From contig CM082595.2 of the NCBI GenBank assembly GCA_040954595.2, forward strand, positions 1,862,635-1,926,634: a DNA stretch of 64,000 nucleotides, written 5' to 3'. Origin of the DNA: Balanoglossus misakiensis (lineage: Eukaryota; Animalia; Hemichordata). Below the pieces are notes generated by a model. It worked only from the letters and a program-made list of their open reading frames with translations, searched no databases and was not told where the DNA came from. The translations under genes and the position numbers were made by a program. Below are positions 37,275-48,376 of this stretch, piece after piece; the first letter of the stretch is position 1, and each line of letters opens with the position of its first letter.

Positions 37275-39101
37275 AATCTCCAATATTTAAAAACTTTTCT
37301 ACGTGGAACATTTGACTGACTGTGTGTGTTTACAAAGACTGAGTTTTCTGCACTTCGGATATCGGTTACTGATGGGCTATACATGAAGTGTCTACTTCGA
37401 TTTCGACACTGCGCATGTCTGACGTACACGTGTACACCCTACTGAACTCACGCGTTGTTTCAACGAGACACTTAGTTTGGTAATATGAATATCCATTGCT
37501 ATGGCAACATTCTAAGTAGACCATTCGCACTTTTATACGAAATATAAAAATTGTATTCTTTTTCGTTAAATAATTTATTGGAAGCGGGCTTGTAGAATTC
37601 CTCACTCAGCCATGCTGTAGAGCTACGTAGCAAAGACCTTCACATGTGTACAACGTTTTAATTATGAATACATTGTACATGTACTTACATTTTATTTATA
37701 ACGTCGTTTGTGAAGAACGAAAACAGTGTGATGAACATTCCACGGATTCAATTTTGATAAAAAATATTATATTTGTTCTTTTTCGCACTAAAAGCCGTCC
37801 ATAATTGTTTTACACCCACCAAAACGAAAAAGAACAATCAAAAATCACGATATATTTGATTTTGTAAATAATATCCCTCTCTCTGTAAATAAGATGTAAA
37901 TAGACCTGATCTGACTTTCAGCTTTTTGTTGTCATGCCTAATTTTGCCGTGTCTTTTGTTATTTTCAGCGCCTCGCATAATTTCCAGATCATTAAATATT
38001 GGTATGAAACTTTGATCTAAAAAAAAGCAGAGTTGGCCTCTTAATGATGAATCAGAATGCCTGTGTTAATTCATTTTATCCGCAAATGTTTTGTGTGATC
38101 AGCGTGATCAGAGCTGTACAACGCTAACTGCAGTGATTGTAGCGGGTGCTGCTAGGTTGACTGATGTTCGCAGCCATACCAAGTCACTGTAGTACAACGC
38201 TTTCACGAGGTCACTGAGTGGTGGCAGATGTACTGTGTGTACCATTGTATCTGTACAGTGATTCCTTTGTTGCATCGCCAGTGAGTGTCCTTATTCAAAG
38301 TGTCAAACATCGGGAAAAAAAACACCACGTTTTAACCGCAAAACATACCGTAGCCGCAAGGCAATCCCTGGCTATCGGCGTGTTGCATTTTCTGTAATCT
38401 CTTCAGTGTTTGAATTTTAAAAAGTCATGTAGAAATGGTTGTCCCCTTTGTGGTGACTATGAATAATCGGTATGCCAAAAAGCTTAATTTGTGTCACCTT
38501 GTGTCCTCAGTTCTGAATACAGTAGGACAAAACATAATGCAGTGATGTCAAATTACTCCAACTGGAACGTACGTTCGATTCTAGTGCTCGTAAACGCCGT
38601 GTGCTTTATCATGTATAGGCTGGATCTATAGAAGTTTTACTATTGACTTAACTCTCGTCGTTTCAGAGCACAACCGTTTTCCATGTTCACTTATGAGTTT
38701 TAAGATGCTCACTTTATCAGTGACGTCAAGATTCGGTTTGCCAGATTTTGAAGTAACGAATATAAGGGAATCGAAAGACTCGCCATGACAACGTTATAAC
38801 TATCTAAACCCCAGGTTGCATGTTCCGCTTCAGATATTCTTGGCTTTGTGGCGACATAAAAGATCTGGACCATATGACCTTAAATGTGTGTTTGTGAGTG
38901 AATGCGTAGGTCGCATAATTGTGAGACGCGATGGTGAATTCCCACCAAGCTAAATGTGCTTTGTTTATCCGGTGTTGCTATATCAACAGTTATATATATA
39001 AGGCCACTCACTTAAAACAAATTTTCCCATTCTGAGGGAGACTACGAAAATCATCATATTTTTAGTTTCACCAGGCGTCGATTTCTCCTTGTTGTGACAA
39101 A

Positions 39102-41034
39102 ATGGGTTGCAATGTACCACTCTGGGTAAGATGTTTACATTCAATTTTGCTTCAGTGACCTTTAGGTTCTCACCAGTCAAACTCTCTGTTTTCTTTTGAT
39201 AAAAAATACGCATTTTTCGAGTTTTCTTGGGTTAAATACGCTAGGAACGGGAGAATTGTTAAGCTAAGGCTTATATTAAGTAACTCCAGAGTGTAACCTA
39301 ACTCTTCAACGTATATAGAACTGTTCAGAGAAACACAGCTAGTTCATAAACAATGAAAATTGGTAATAATGACACATTGCAAATAGTGATATAAACGGTA
39401 TTCCTCAAAGTGTAACCCGCGAATGTGAAGTTGTAACCTTGGAGAAATATTTACTGTCGCCAAGGGAACAAGGCGTGACCAGCCTTACCGATTTGGTAGA
39501 TGTAACGAAATGGTGAGATTGACGTGGATTTTTGTTTTAGTCTCGGCATCAGAATGACGTCACGACCAAAGAAGATGACTTAATTTGTAGCCTTTGGACG
39601 TAACGTATCCCGTGTGACGCAATGGCCTTGGCAAAATAACCGTCTATTTGAGGTCAAGTGATGACGTCATCTCGCCATTGAAAATAGCAACGACGTGACG
39701 AGAGATACTCTCTCGCCTAGGTCACGTGCCAGATATTCTGTATTATCACTAAATTATTTTCCGCCACCGTATTATCCTTGTATTTTTTCTATACATTTCT
39801 GAAATACCCATCATTTTCTGTTTCAGCCTTTCATTCTGGTCCATATCTGGCTTTCAGTGGCGTAAGTATAAAATTATTCTGCCTACCACAAAACCAATAA
39901 AAGACTTTCTCTCCCACATTTATGAGCATCATCACTTCACGAGATTGATATTTTACTCGGAAATTTGTTGTCAATTAAAATCCCTTGTCTGATGTTGTAC
40001 CAGGTTAGTGACTTCGAAAGTTCAAGGTCAAAGTGAACTGAATCCTTCAGTTTGAAAGACTTTTCTAATAATGAGAAATAAGGACATGTCACGGTTTCGG
40101 TCATCGCTGGGAACTCTTTATAGAAAACGACTGTTTATCATAAACAGTAGAGATATTAGAATGCCAGTTCATTTATCAGGAAATGATAGCATGGAGTGAA
40201 AAATCTAGGCGAATTTTTAAATGTTGACACGTTGCAATTCTGGTAAATATTTTGTTATGATTTATAAGGCCTAATCCGATTGCTAGTGACGTAAAGTGAC
40301 CGTATAACTCATTTCGACATGTTATTTAGAAGTATAAAACAGACCGAATTTCATAAGCTAGATATTATTTGCAATATAGTGAGACTGTCTGTAATGCCTG
40401 GTTTCCATGGTTACAGGGCCTTTGAAGCGGCTTTGGCAGCTCACTGGGTCACGCATTCCTATGCCTGGATGAACTTCACCATCGTTGCTCTAGGGTGCTG
40501 GACCGTTGGACAGAAAGATATCAAAGAGAATTGTATTATGGTGAGTTTTTGAATTTGAACATGGCCATCATTGTGAAAGCGTGGCTTACGTAATTGATAT
40601 CTCTTGGAACTGTCATATCGTTTTTATAAACAATACAGAGATTATTACAATGCAATACAATACAATACAGTAACAAATGTAGTTTCATCCTGCGTTTCAT
40701 GTAGTATATATTGTGCTGAGCATAAATCAAATCTAACAAATTCTTTCATGTAACATACTTGTAGGTCTAATCGGAAAATTGTTTTCCCGTTTTCTTCCAG
40801 TTGATCATTTCACTGTTGCTTGGATTCATCTTTGACATCGTCTTCATCGCTCTGTACCGACCGGCCAGCTTCAATTGCGGAAACTCTAATGCATGCGGGG
40901 AGTTCTTATGGAGTTTTGTCATGGCTGTCGTTAACTGCATCTTCAAGATCGTCACTCTCATCGTCGCCATTTGTGAGTACAAGAACCGAGGTGGAAACAT
41001 CCCTGCCGTCAAAGCTTCCGTCTCCGTTGGCTAA
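39102..41034 (+). CDS. AGTRAP-like paralog 6 (Cys-loop, short-tail type)
   Basis: Exons 39102-39125 (MGCNVPLW), 39827-39861, 40417-40540 (AFEAALAAHWVTHSYAWMNF...) and 40801-41034 (...YRPASFNCGNSNACGEFLWS...EYKNRGGNIPAVKASVSVG*). Confidence 0.9.
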
Positions 41035-41985
41035 AATCAGCAAAATCAACAACTCCGAACTTTCTTATCACCCCAAAAAAGGTGATTAGACAAGTAGAAA
41101 CTAACATTAATACTTCCTTGATAACTTCCAATTACTAGTACATGTACATACTATGAAGGTGATTTACTAACAAAGATAAGCCAATCGGATATAATATGCC
41201 AGTAACATAGATCTTTTGTAAAATCGAGTGATTCTTTCGTGATTGTCTAAAAAGATCTCTTTTAAATGTTATAATATAATTTCCTTCACATTTTATACGC
41301 ATAGTGTTCTTTTTATACTTATCTGTGACCAGATTGTGTGGCTGCGGCTTTGCATTCTTTTATTCTAGTGTATTGTTATTTCTGACATAATTATCACGTT
41401 TCTTGGAATATCACGTTTCTTGGAACAGGACGTTGATTATGAACTTGTAAATATTTTATACTGTTGCTTTTACACACGATGTATGCATCAGTGTGATACT
41501 GTGTAGTATTCAATCCCCTTGGTTGAACGTGGTTACAGTATTAGTGCGTGGAGTCTGGATGAAAAGTGATTTTCTTGTTTTGTATCTTCTGTGGTGTTTC
41601 TGATGTCTACAAACAAGTATTTCTGTAATAAATGCCATGATTTCTCTAACTCGAAGTTAAATGTGTCCTCTTTGTCTGAGGTATAATCGATTTTTCCACG
41701 GACAGCTTGCATCAATAAATTTTGCCTATTTTGTTACATATTTTATTTTAATATCCTATCCTTCGATACCTCACTTAAATGTCCAGACCTACCTGTGAAC
41801 ATTAAAATTTGTCGAAGAAAGGACATGTGACAACAAATAATTCACAGTGTACTCAATGATATATTACAACCCTGTTCACCTTTGAACGTTACCATGGTAA
41901 CGACACTTGATAAGCAAACTGCCTACACTTTCTCACAGTAGCCATGGTTTCTGGAGGAAATCTCGCCCTGTTTTGATTCAACACG

Positions 41986-44849
41986 ATGCCTGGTGTTCTG
42001 AGCAGGATTCCGTTGTGGGTAAGTCGTTCCTCGTGACGAAGACGACGTTTTTGATTTTATGATTCGACCAGAAAACTAGAATTTTGCTCCATCTCATCTA
42101 CTTTCGTTTTCGATCGGTAGGCCCTACACTTGTGATTAGTGTACTAAAAATAATGGCGTCTCAAGATAAGTCTGTCAGAATATTATGCATATTGGAGTAT
42201 AATCATTAAGCGAACATAAATAGGACAATTTTACAATATGTTTGTTTCCACGTAAAATACCCAACTACATATACATGTTTTAACCATTGCAATACAAAAT
42301 GTTTGACACAAATAAAAATGGCGGATGAAAATTCTTCGTTTCCAGGAATAACAGTGTGTTTGACGGGGAGAATAAAATGGAACTAGATTTCCCAAATTGA
42401 CATACATGGATTAGTAATTTATCTGGATGTTTCTTCTTACATGCATTTTTTTCGATTTTCTTCCAGCCGTTCGTGTTCTGTCATATTTTTCTAACAGCAT
42501 GGTAAGTAAGCTAATCTGCCCCATAGAAACAGCAATTAGCAAATTTATTTCGTTTGTAGACTTAACTTCTGTGATATTATAATGAAGCGGGGTCTTGTTT
42601 GTATTGACCAGCAATTAAATGCTGGAAGTTTTCGCGCTAGACAACGAAGTTCGACCTTCACCGAGTCGACACTGAGTGCCTTGCATGCGAATATAAATAA
42701 CAATCTGGTCTCGTCAAACCCACTGTCTTTTATCAAAGGCTTTTGATTCTCGAAAAGAATACCCGTCTTTCAAATAATAATAACAATACTGAGGGATTTC
42801 ACCTGGCATGTCGGTCTTACAGAAGAAAATAGGCAGGCGTGGTTGCCTGAACTGCCTTTGATTAAGATCCTGTTGCACTCTTTGGGACAACCCGGGGGAC
42901 CACACCCAAATGCATTGTCCTTCTGCTTTGTTGATGGTCACTGAGGGGTGCACACCTAAACAGATACAGGGAGACACATACACTGCCACATGTTATTCTG
43001 AAGGAATGCCGTTGGTAGAAATGATGAAATCTTGAAAATACTAGTGGCTGTTTAGTTCCACAGATAAACACCAATGACGTATAATTGACTTACTGTCTAC
43101 TCACTCACTCACTCACTCACTCACTCACTCACTCACTCACTCACTCACTCACTCACTCACTCACTCACTCACTCACTCACTCACTCACTCAGACAGACAG
43201 ACAGGCAGACAGGCAAACAGGTCTACCCGTATTGCTCGCACGGGTCGTTGGCTCGACCTAAGTCTCCCTAAAACAGTCAACATGAAATCAATCATGCATA
43301 CATCACCCAGAAACCTCATCAATTACGATAATTTGATTAAGATATTTCGATTATGATGAATTTCCAGGGGTCAAAGGCAGAGTTACGGTGTTGTCATTCT
43401 TTGGACGTCGAAAATTATCGAAATATCCTCAACGTCTTTATTAATTATTCGTGGAGTAGGCAACATGGGTTTAATGATGAAGATTATTGGTCAAATCCAG
43501 ATAATATTCTGAAACATGGATGAAATTGAGAAGCTCCGTCGTCTCAAGTATAAAATTGTAAATAAGTGGAATTGCTAAGCGGCAGTTCACTGACCTAAAT
43601 GCAGTCAATAGACCCATAACAAGCTTTTACGGGAGGTCACATGTCATTTCCATGGTAACAAGTAAATATTTTGGCGCGCTATTGAATTCCAAATGGAATA
43701 TCGTTTACCAGGATCTGGGAATGCTTTCAATGCTATTTCCTATCTGACCTATTTCGAGTCGAATAATTTTCTGACGAGTCTATGCTGATCTCAATCCAAC
43801 AACGTTTATTCAAATTTCTTATACGTGTAGATTTTAACGTTTTTTACCATTAAGGATGTACGCGCAGAACATAAACCGGAAGCAGTGCGCGCCCGGTCTT
43901 TTTCCCATAGGATTACATTGAAAATTGCTAGAAAACAAACTTCTACTATTGTCATTTTCACGAAATTTTACACATAGCTCAGTCCAGCAAATATAAATTC
44001 ATTGGTCAAATAAAATATAGGGGTCACCGCGCTCTATTTTGAGATAAATTGCGTCAAAAATTTTGCCCATAGACAAACCATTGGTGAAAAATGCTGAGTC
44101 AGCAGTTTTCTTCTATTATCGACTAAATTCATGGCTCTGTATTTCAAAAAAAAGCGCGGTGACCCATATATTTTATTACGGATTTTCATTATACATACAA
44201 AGGAGAATCCAAAAATCCACAATTAAAAAAAATGACAATACTTTCAATTTTACTGAACGTACATCCTTAAATACGTTTTTTATACAGCGGTTTCCAGGCG
44301 TACCATCCTACGTCATGGATAACACCGTCCTACGCCTACATGAATTATTCCATAATATGTCTTGGTTGTTGGATGATTGGACAGAAGAGTATAAAAGAAA
44401 ACTGTTTGATGGTAAGATGTGATTTGGGTATAACCTACAACCTACCTAATACTATAATAAGATTTATTTTCTGCCAGATAACAAACAGAAATGAAACGGA
44501 TATAAAGTTTGGGGACTTCAAATGTTTTTTGTACGATCAAAGTCACTTTTAACTTATCCTGAAGATTACTTTTTCGTCTACTTTTCCTTTCTTGCAGTTC
44601 ATGATGGGGCTGATCGTTGGATTTATCATGGACCTGGTATTTATCGGTGTGTATGCTGACAGACAGACTTTCACCTGTGTCGGTTGGAACACGAACGCAT
44701 GCGCTGAATTCATTTGGAGTTTTATGATGGCTCTCTTGAACTGTCTTCTTAAAATAGTCACGTTTGTAATCGCTGTGTCGGAGTTTAAAGCCCGTGGTGG
44801 CAGTATCAACATTATCGCATCTGTTGAGGTACAATCACCGACAGCTTGA
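41986..44849 (+). CDS. AGTRAP-like paralog 7 (Cys-loop type, most diverged)
   Basis: Exons 41986-42018 (MPGVLSRIPLW), 42467-42501 (PFVFCHIFLTAC), 44288-44411 (GFQAYHPTSWITPSYAYMNYSIICLGCWMIGQKSIKENCLM) and 44598-44849 (...YADRQTFTCVGWNTNACAEFIWS...EFKARGGSINIIASVEVQSPTA*). Confidence 0.88.
43099..43190. repeat. (CACT)n tetranucleotide microsatellite
   Basis: More than 20 tandem ctca/cact units followed by (agac)n. Confidence 0.97.
43850..44270. mobile_element. Non-autonomous DNA transposon (MITE), Kolobok-like (TTAA target, GG termini)
   Basis: The ends TTAAGGATGTACG (43850-43862) and CGTACATCCTTAA (44258-44270) are exact inverted copies including TTAA. An internal inverted repeat is also present: taaaatataggggtcaccgcgct (~44011-44033) / agcgcggtgacccatatatttta (~44154-44176). 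Confidence 0.75.
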
Positions 44850-45754
44850 TATGTTTGACAGTATTTCCAATATTTTTATAATTGTAGTAGCTGTATTTAA
44901 TATAATATAGGATTATTCACAAAAATATGGCCACAAGGGCTCTGAGCTAGTTTTGCGGTTCCCTGCAGTAGTTCTGCAGCTGAACTAGACGTGACTGCTG
45001 TGAAACTCTCTTGTTATCTCTGCCTGCTTGGCAGATCAGATTATCATTAAAGAGGCAACAATTAAACATGTCCAGACTACCAACAAACTATTAAAATGTT
45101 ATACTTTTATATAATAATGAGTTTATAGAGGGCGACGTAACTATTGTGTCACTCAGGCCTGGATCCCATGCATAAACGTGGCATACCGTCATCAAGAACC
45201 TGACGTTGAGGGCGCTTCTGGTCAGTTGCCCAAAGCCGCCGCCCCCCCCCCCCCCCCTCTCTCTCTCAACTACATGGAATAATCAAACGCAGATCAGGAC
45301 TGGTATAGTAGTGTTTGATAAAATCGGTTGTTTTATTTGCAGAAAAAAAGTGAAACAAAAAAGTTTGATAAAATCTACACTAAGATGACAGTTAGAAATA
45401 TACAGCCACTTATATACAAAATATTGGCCGATTTTGTAAACGTGGCTGATCATTCCATCCAGTATTTACAGGGATAATTATACAATCTATACAAAATCGT
45501 ACTCCAAATATAGACACAAGTCCTTCAACTGAAATTCAGAAACTCTGCCATGAAATATCATAGTTACATTGGAATGGATGGTAGTAATACTTTCATAAAT
45601 ATTGTACATACAAAGTCAAAATGTCCAGCATGTCAAAAGTATTGTAATGAAGTTGCAAAGTGACGGGAATGACTGTTTCCTTGACAACTGTTTCCTTGAC
45701 AGCAATCACAGCAATGACAGACAATAATCTGAAGCATTTCTGGTGAACTTTGAC

Positions 45755-47992
45755 CTATGCCTCTTCCCCATCAGATTGTATGACTTCCTCAGTTCCCTGA
45801 AAAGATGGAAAAAGACAAAAAAGACTATTCAGTTTGACCACCTGACCTGACCTGAAAAACCAGTAAGTCAAGACCTGCATGACTGCTACATGTACACTTA
45901 ATGCAAATAGAGTGTCTAAAGATTGGATTGGATGTTTCAGACCCACCTCTTGCTGTGCTTCTTCCAAGCGTCTTTGTTCATAGATATCTTCAGCTTCTTG
46001 TCTTTCATCATCATTGAACTCATCTTTATCGAGTCTCTCAAGACGACGTAGTTGAATGAGTACTTCCATGCGATAGTCATCCTCATCACTACATGGGTTT
46101 TCTATGAAAAACCAAAAGTCAAAAACACAGATCAACACACACTGCACAGGCCCGACCAGTGCTGACCAACGTGGGGGAAATCCTGATCCTACCAATAAAC
46201 CTTCAAAAGCCAGAACTCAACCTCTATTTTCCGACAGAGGTACTATTACACTCACCACTAATAACTAAAGCTCTAAGCATCGGTAAAACTTTCAATTTTG
46301 CTGTTTCTTTGACATCAGTTATATTGTTTCCACGCAAGTTCACATATTGCAGATTCTTCATATTTTCAGAAAAGCCATCTAACTTCTCAATCTGGTTGTC
46401 ACGAAGATGCAACGTTGTCAAGTGCTCGAGTCTGTCAAGACCTTGTAGTGTTTTGATGGTGTTTGCTCCCTGTAACGAATGAAATAGTTATCAGTGAAAG
46501 AAGTGAGAGTATGATTTCAGATAGAAACAGAAATCACTTTAACAATTATGCCCCACTAAAGACCCCGCACTCGAGAATCTGTTATTAATATTTTCTTTCA
46601 TGAAGCCAAACTGTTCTAGCTAATTGGGTTTTTTGAGACTGTTTTCAAGAATTTGCCAGGTGTGTGGTCTCCATGCATCTCCACAAATGATTCCCTGAAG
46701 TCTTTCATGGTGGGTATGCATACACTATGCAATATAATTGGAGGAACACCAAAGTTGTAAAAGAAAAGATCAAAGTGTCTCCACTGATGCAATACACTAA
46801 GAATGCGAATTCACTTACCAAGAAGAGATTCTTCAAGTTGGGAAGGTAAATTCCATCTGTTGTTTCAAGTTTATTCCCTCTGAGTTCTAATGTATGAAGT
46901 CTTCCTAACTTGGACGGTTCCAATCCACTCACCATCACAATTTCATTGACTGAAAAGATAGAAATGTACATGTATACACTGTGAATTCAATGAATTCAAT
47001 ACAAGATTTTTTCAAAAATGCAAGAAACCAAAATCACACAATGAAGATAGTATATAGCTTTACTTACATGAGAGGACTAGAGACTCTAGCAATGGATGGT
47101 TGACACCTTCTGTTGATGTGATCTGATTACTGGCAAAACTTGCTGTCTGTAGATATGGTAGTTCATCAAGTCTTGCTGATGTCAGTATATTCCTATCACA
47201 CTTCAATGTCAACAGATGTGTGAGTGAGTTCAGAGGTGAAATATCGCGAATCTTGTTTTGAGACACATCAACATACCTCAGATGAATGTAGGAGCTTAAT
47301 AAGCTGATGTCTGTTAATTCCCTGTGAGAAAAATAGAATATGAAACACTCATGTTAGAATTATAGCCATCAGTTGCCGATAAGTTTAACATCTAAGATAA
47401 TGATTAATTAAATTCATCATTAAATATTTAAAAACTTACTTATCGTGAATGTCTAATTTCACATATGCATGAGCCAGGCCATTTCCAGTTTTACAAAGTA
47501 GGGATAAACTCTCACCAATAATCTCTTCAGTCAATGGATTTTCAGGTTCCTTCTGAAATGGGAAATTGATATATAGGTCATAATAATGGGTCATTCTGAC
47601 AGCATGAAAGCTATACAGTTACATTATGCTAGTACATGTGTGTGTGTGTGTGTGTTTCATTGACAGGGGTCAGTTCTCTGTCATTCTGAAGTTGATAGGG
47701 TCAAGTTATCTGCTCTGAATGGCATAAAATGTGTGAAATATGGGCTATGAAATAAAAAGATGTGGTTGACAATTGTGATCCAGGCTACTGCACAAAATTA
47801 TCATATAGCCACCAGATGTGCAGGATGTGTTGTCTGTTCCAAATCAAAACATACAAATACCTCCTCCTCCTCTTTCTCTTCCCCTTCACCCTCCTCTCCT
47901 TCTCCGCCCTCGCCTTCACCCTCCTGGTCTTGTTCTGGTTCCTCAGCTCCTTCTTGCTCTTCGTCGTACTCTTGATCCGAATAATCTGACAT
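45755..47992 (-). CDS. LRRC23: Leucine-rich repeat-containing protein 23 (motile cilium/radial spoke)
   Basis: An acidic N-terminal exon (MSDYSDQEYDEEQE...) is followed by PLTEEIIGESLSLLCKTGNGLAHAYVKLDIHDKELTDISLLSSYIHLRYVDVSQNKIRDISPLNSLTHLLTLK, further LRR exons, ENPCSDEDDYRMEVLIQLRRLERLDKDEF and a final exon GTEEVIQSDGEEA*. About 7 coding exons. Confidence 0.92.
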
Positions 47993-48049
47993 TCTGCTTC
48001 CAAATTAGACCTTTGCCAAACAGAATAGCGTAACTCAGAACATTTGTTG

Positions 48050-48376
48050 TAATCAAAGATGGCGGTTGTCGTCTAGGAAACTCGCAAAGTTCCATGGGAA
48101 GAAGGAACTGCCCTCGTGCGCGATCAAAAATATTTCAACTTAAATTTTTACAAATTTTGCTTTAAACACGTTTAATAAATTGAGAAAAGAGTTCAAAGGC
48201 GTATAAATGCCATTTAATTTGATAGTATGTTGGCCTTATTAAAATGTAATGTAAAGGGGTTAATAATGATATGCATTACTATTTGCATTTACATTAATCG
48301 TGGCACGAGTTACATCGATCGCCTTCGGCAGCTCGTGAGTCTTCATTGAAAGCCAATTCAAATGCGGCCCAAGTGG
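48050..48376. promoter_or_regulatory. Divergent promoter LRRC23/CASZ1 with RFX X-box and YY1-like motif
   Basis: AAGATGGCGG (~48056) and the X-box-like GTCGTCTAGGAAAC (48068-48081) lie just upstream of the LRRC23 ATG. The probable non-coding first exon of CASZ1 ends at a GTAAGT donor at ~48377. Confidence 0.55.

Noticed and set aside
29690-39125. N-myristoylation signal in the MGC- starts of AGTRAP paralogs 3, 4 and 6
   Set aside because: The sequence is MGCxVP, with Pro at the position where N-myristoyltransferase needs a small residue (S/T/A/G/C/N), and paralog 5 lacks Gly2. Palmitoylation of the Cys remains possible.
29690-44849. A single gene with mutually exclusive exon cassettes (Dscam/protocadherin-like)
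   Set aside because: Each unit has its own ATG exon, exons 2-4 in order and its own stop codon, with no shared constant exon. These are separate genes.
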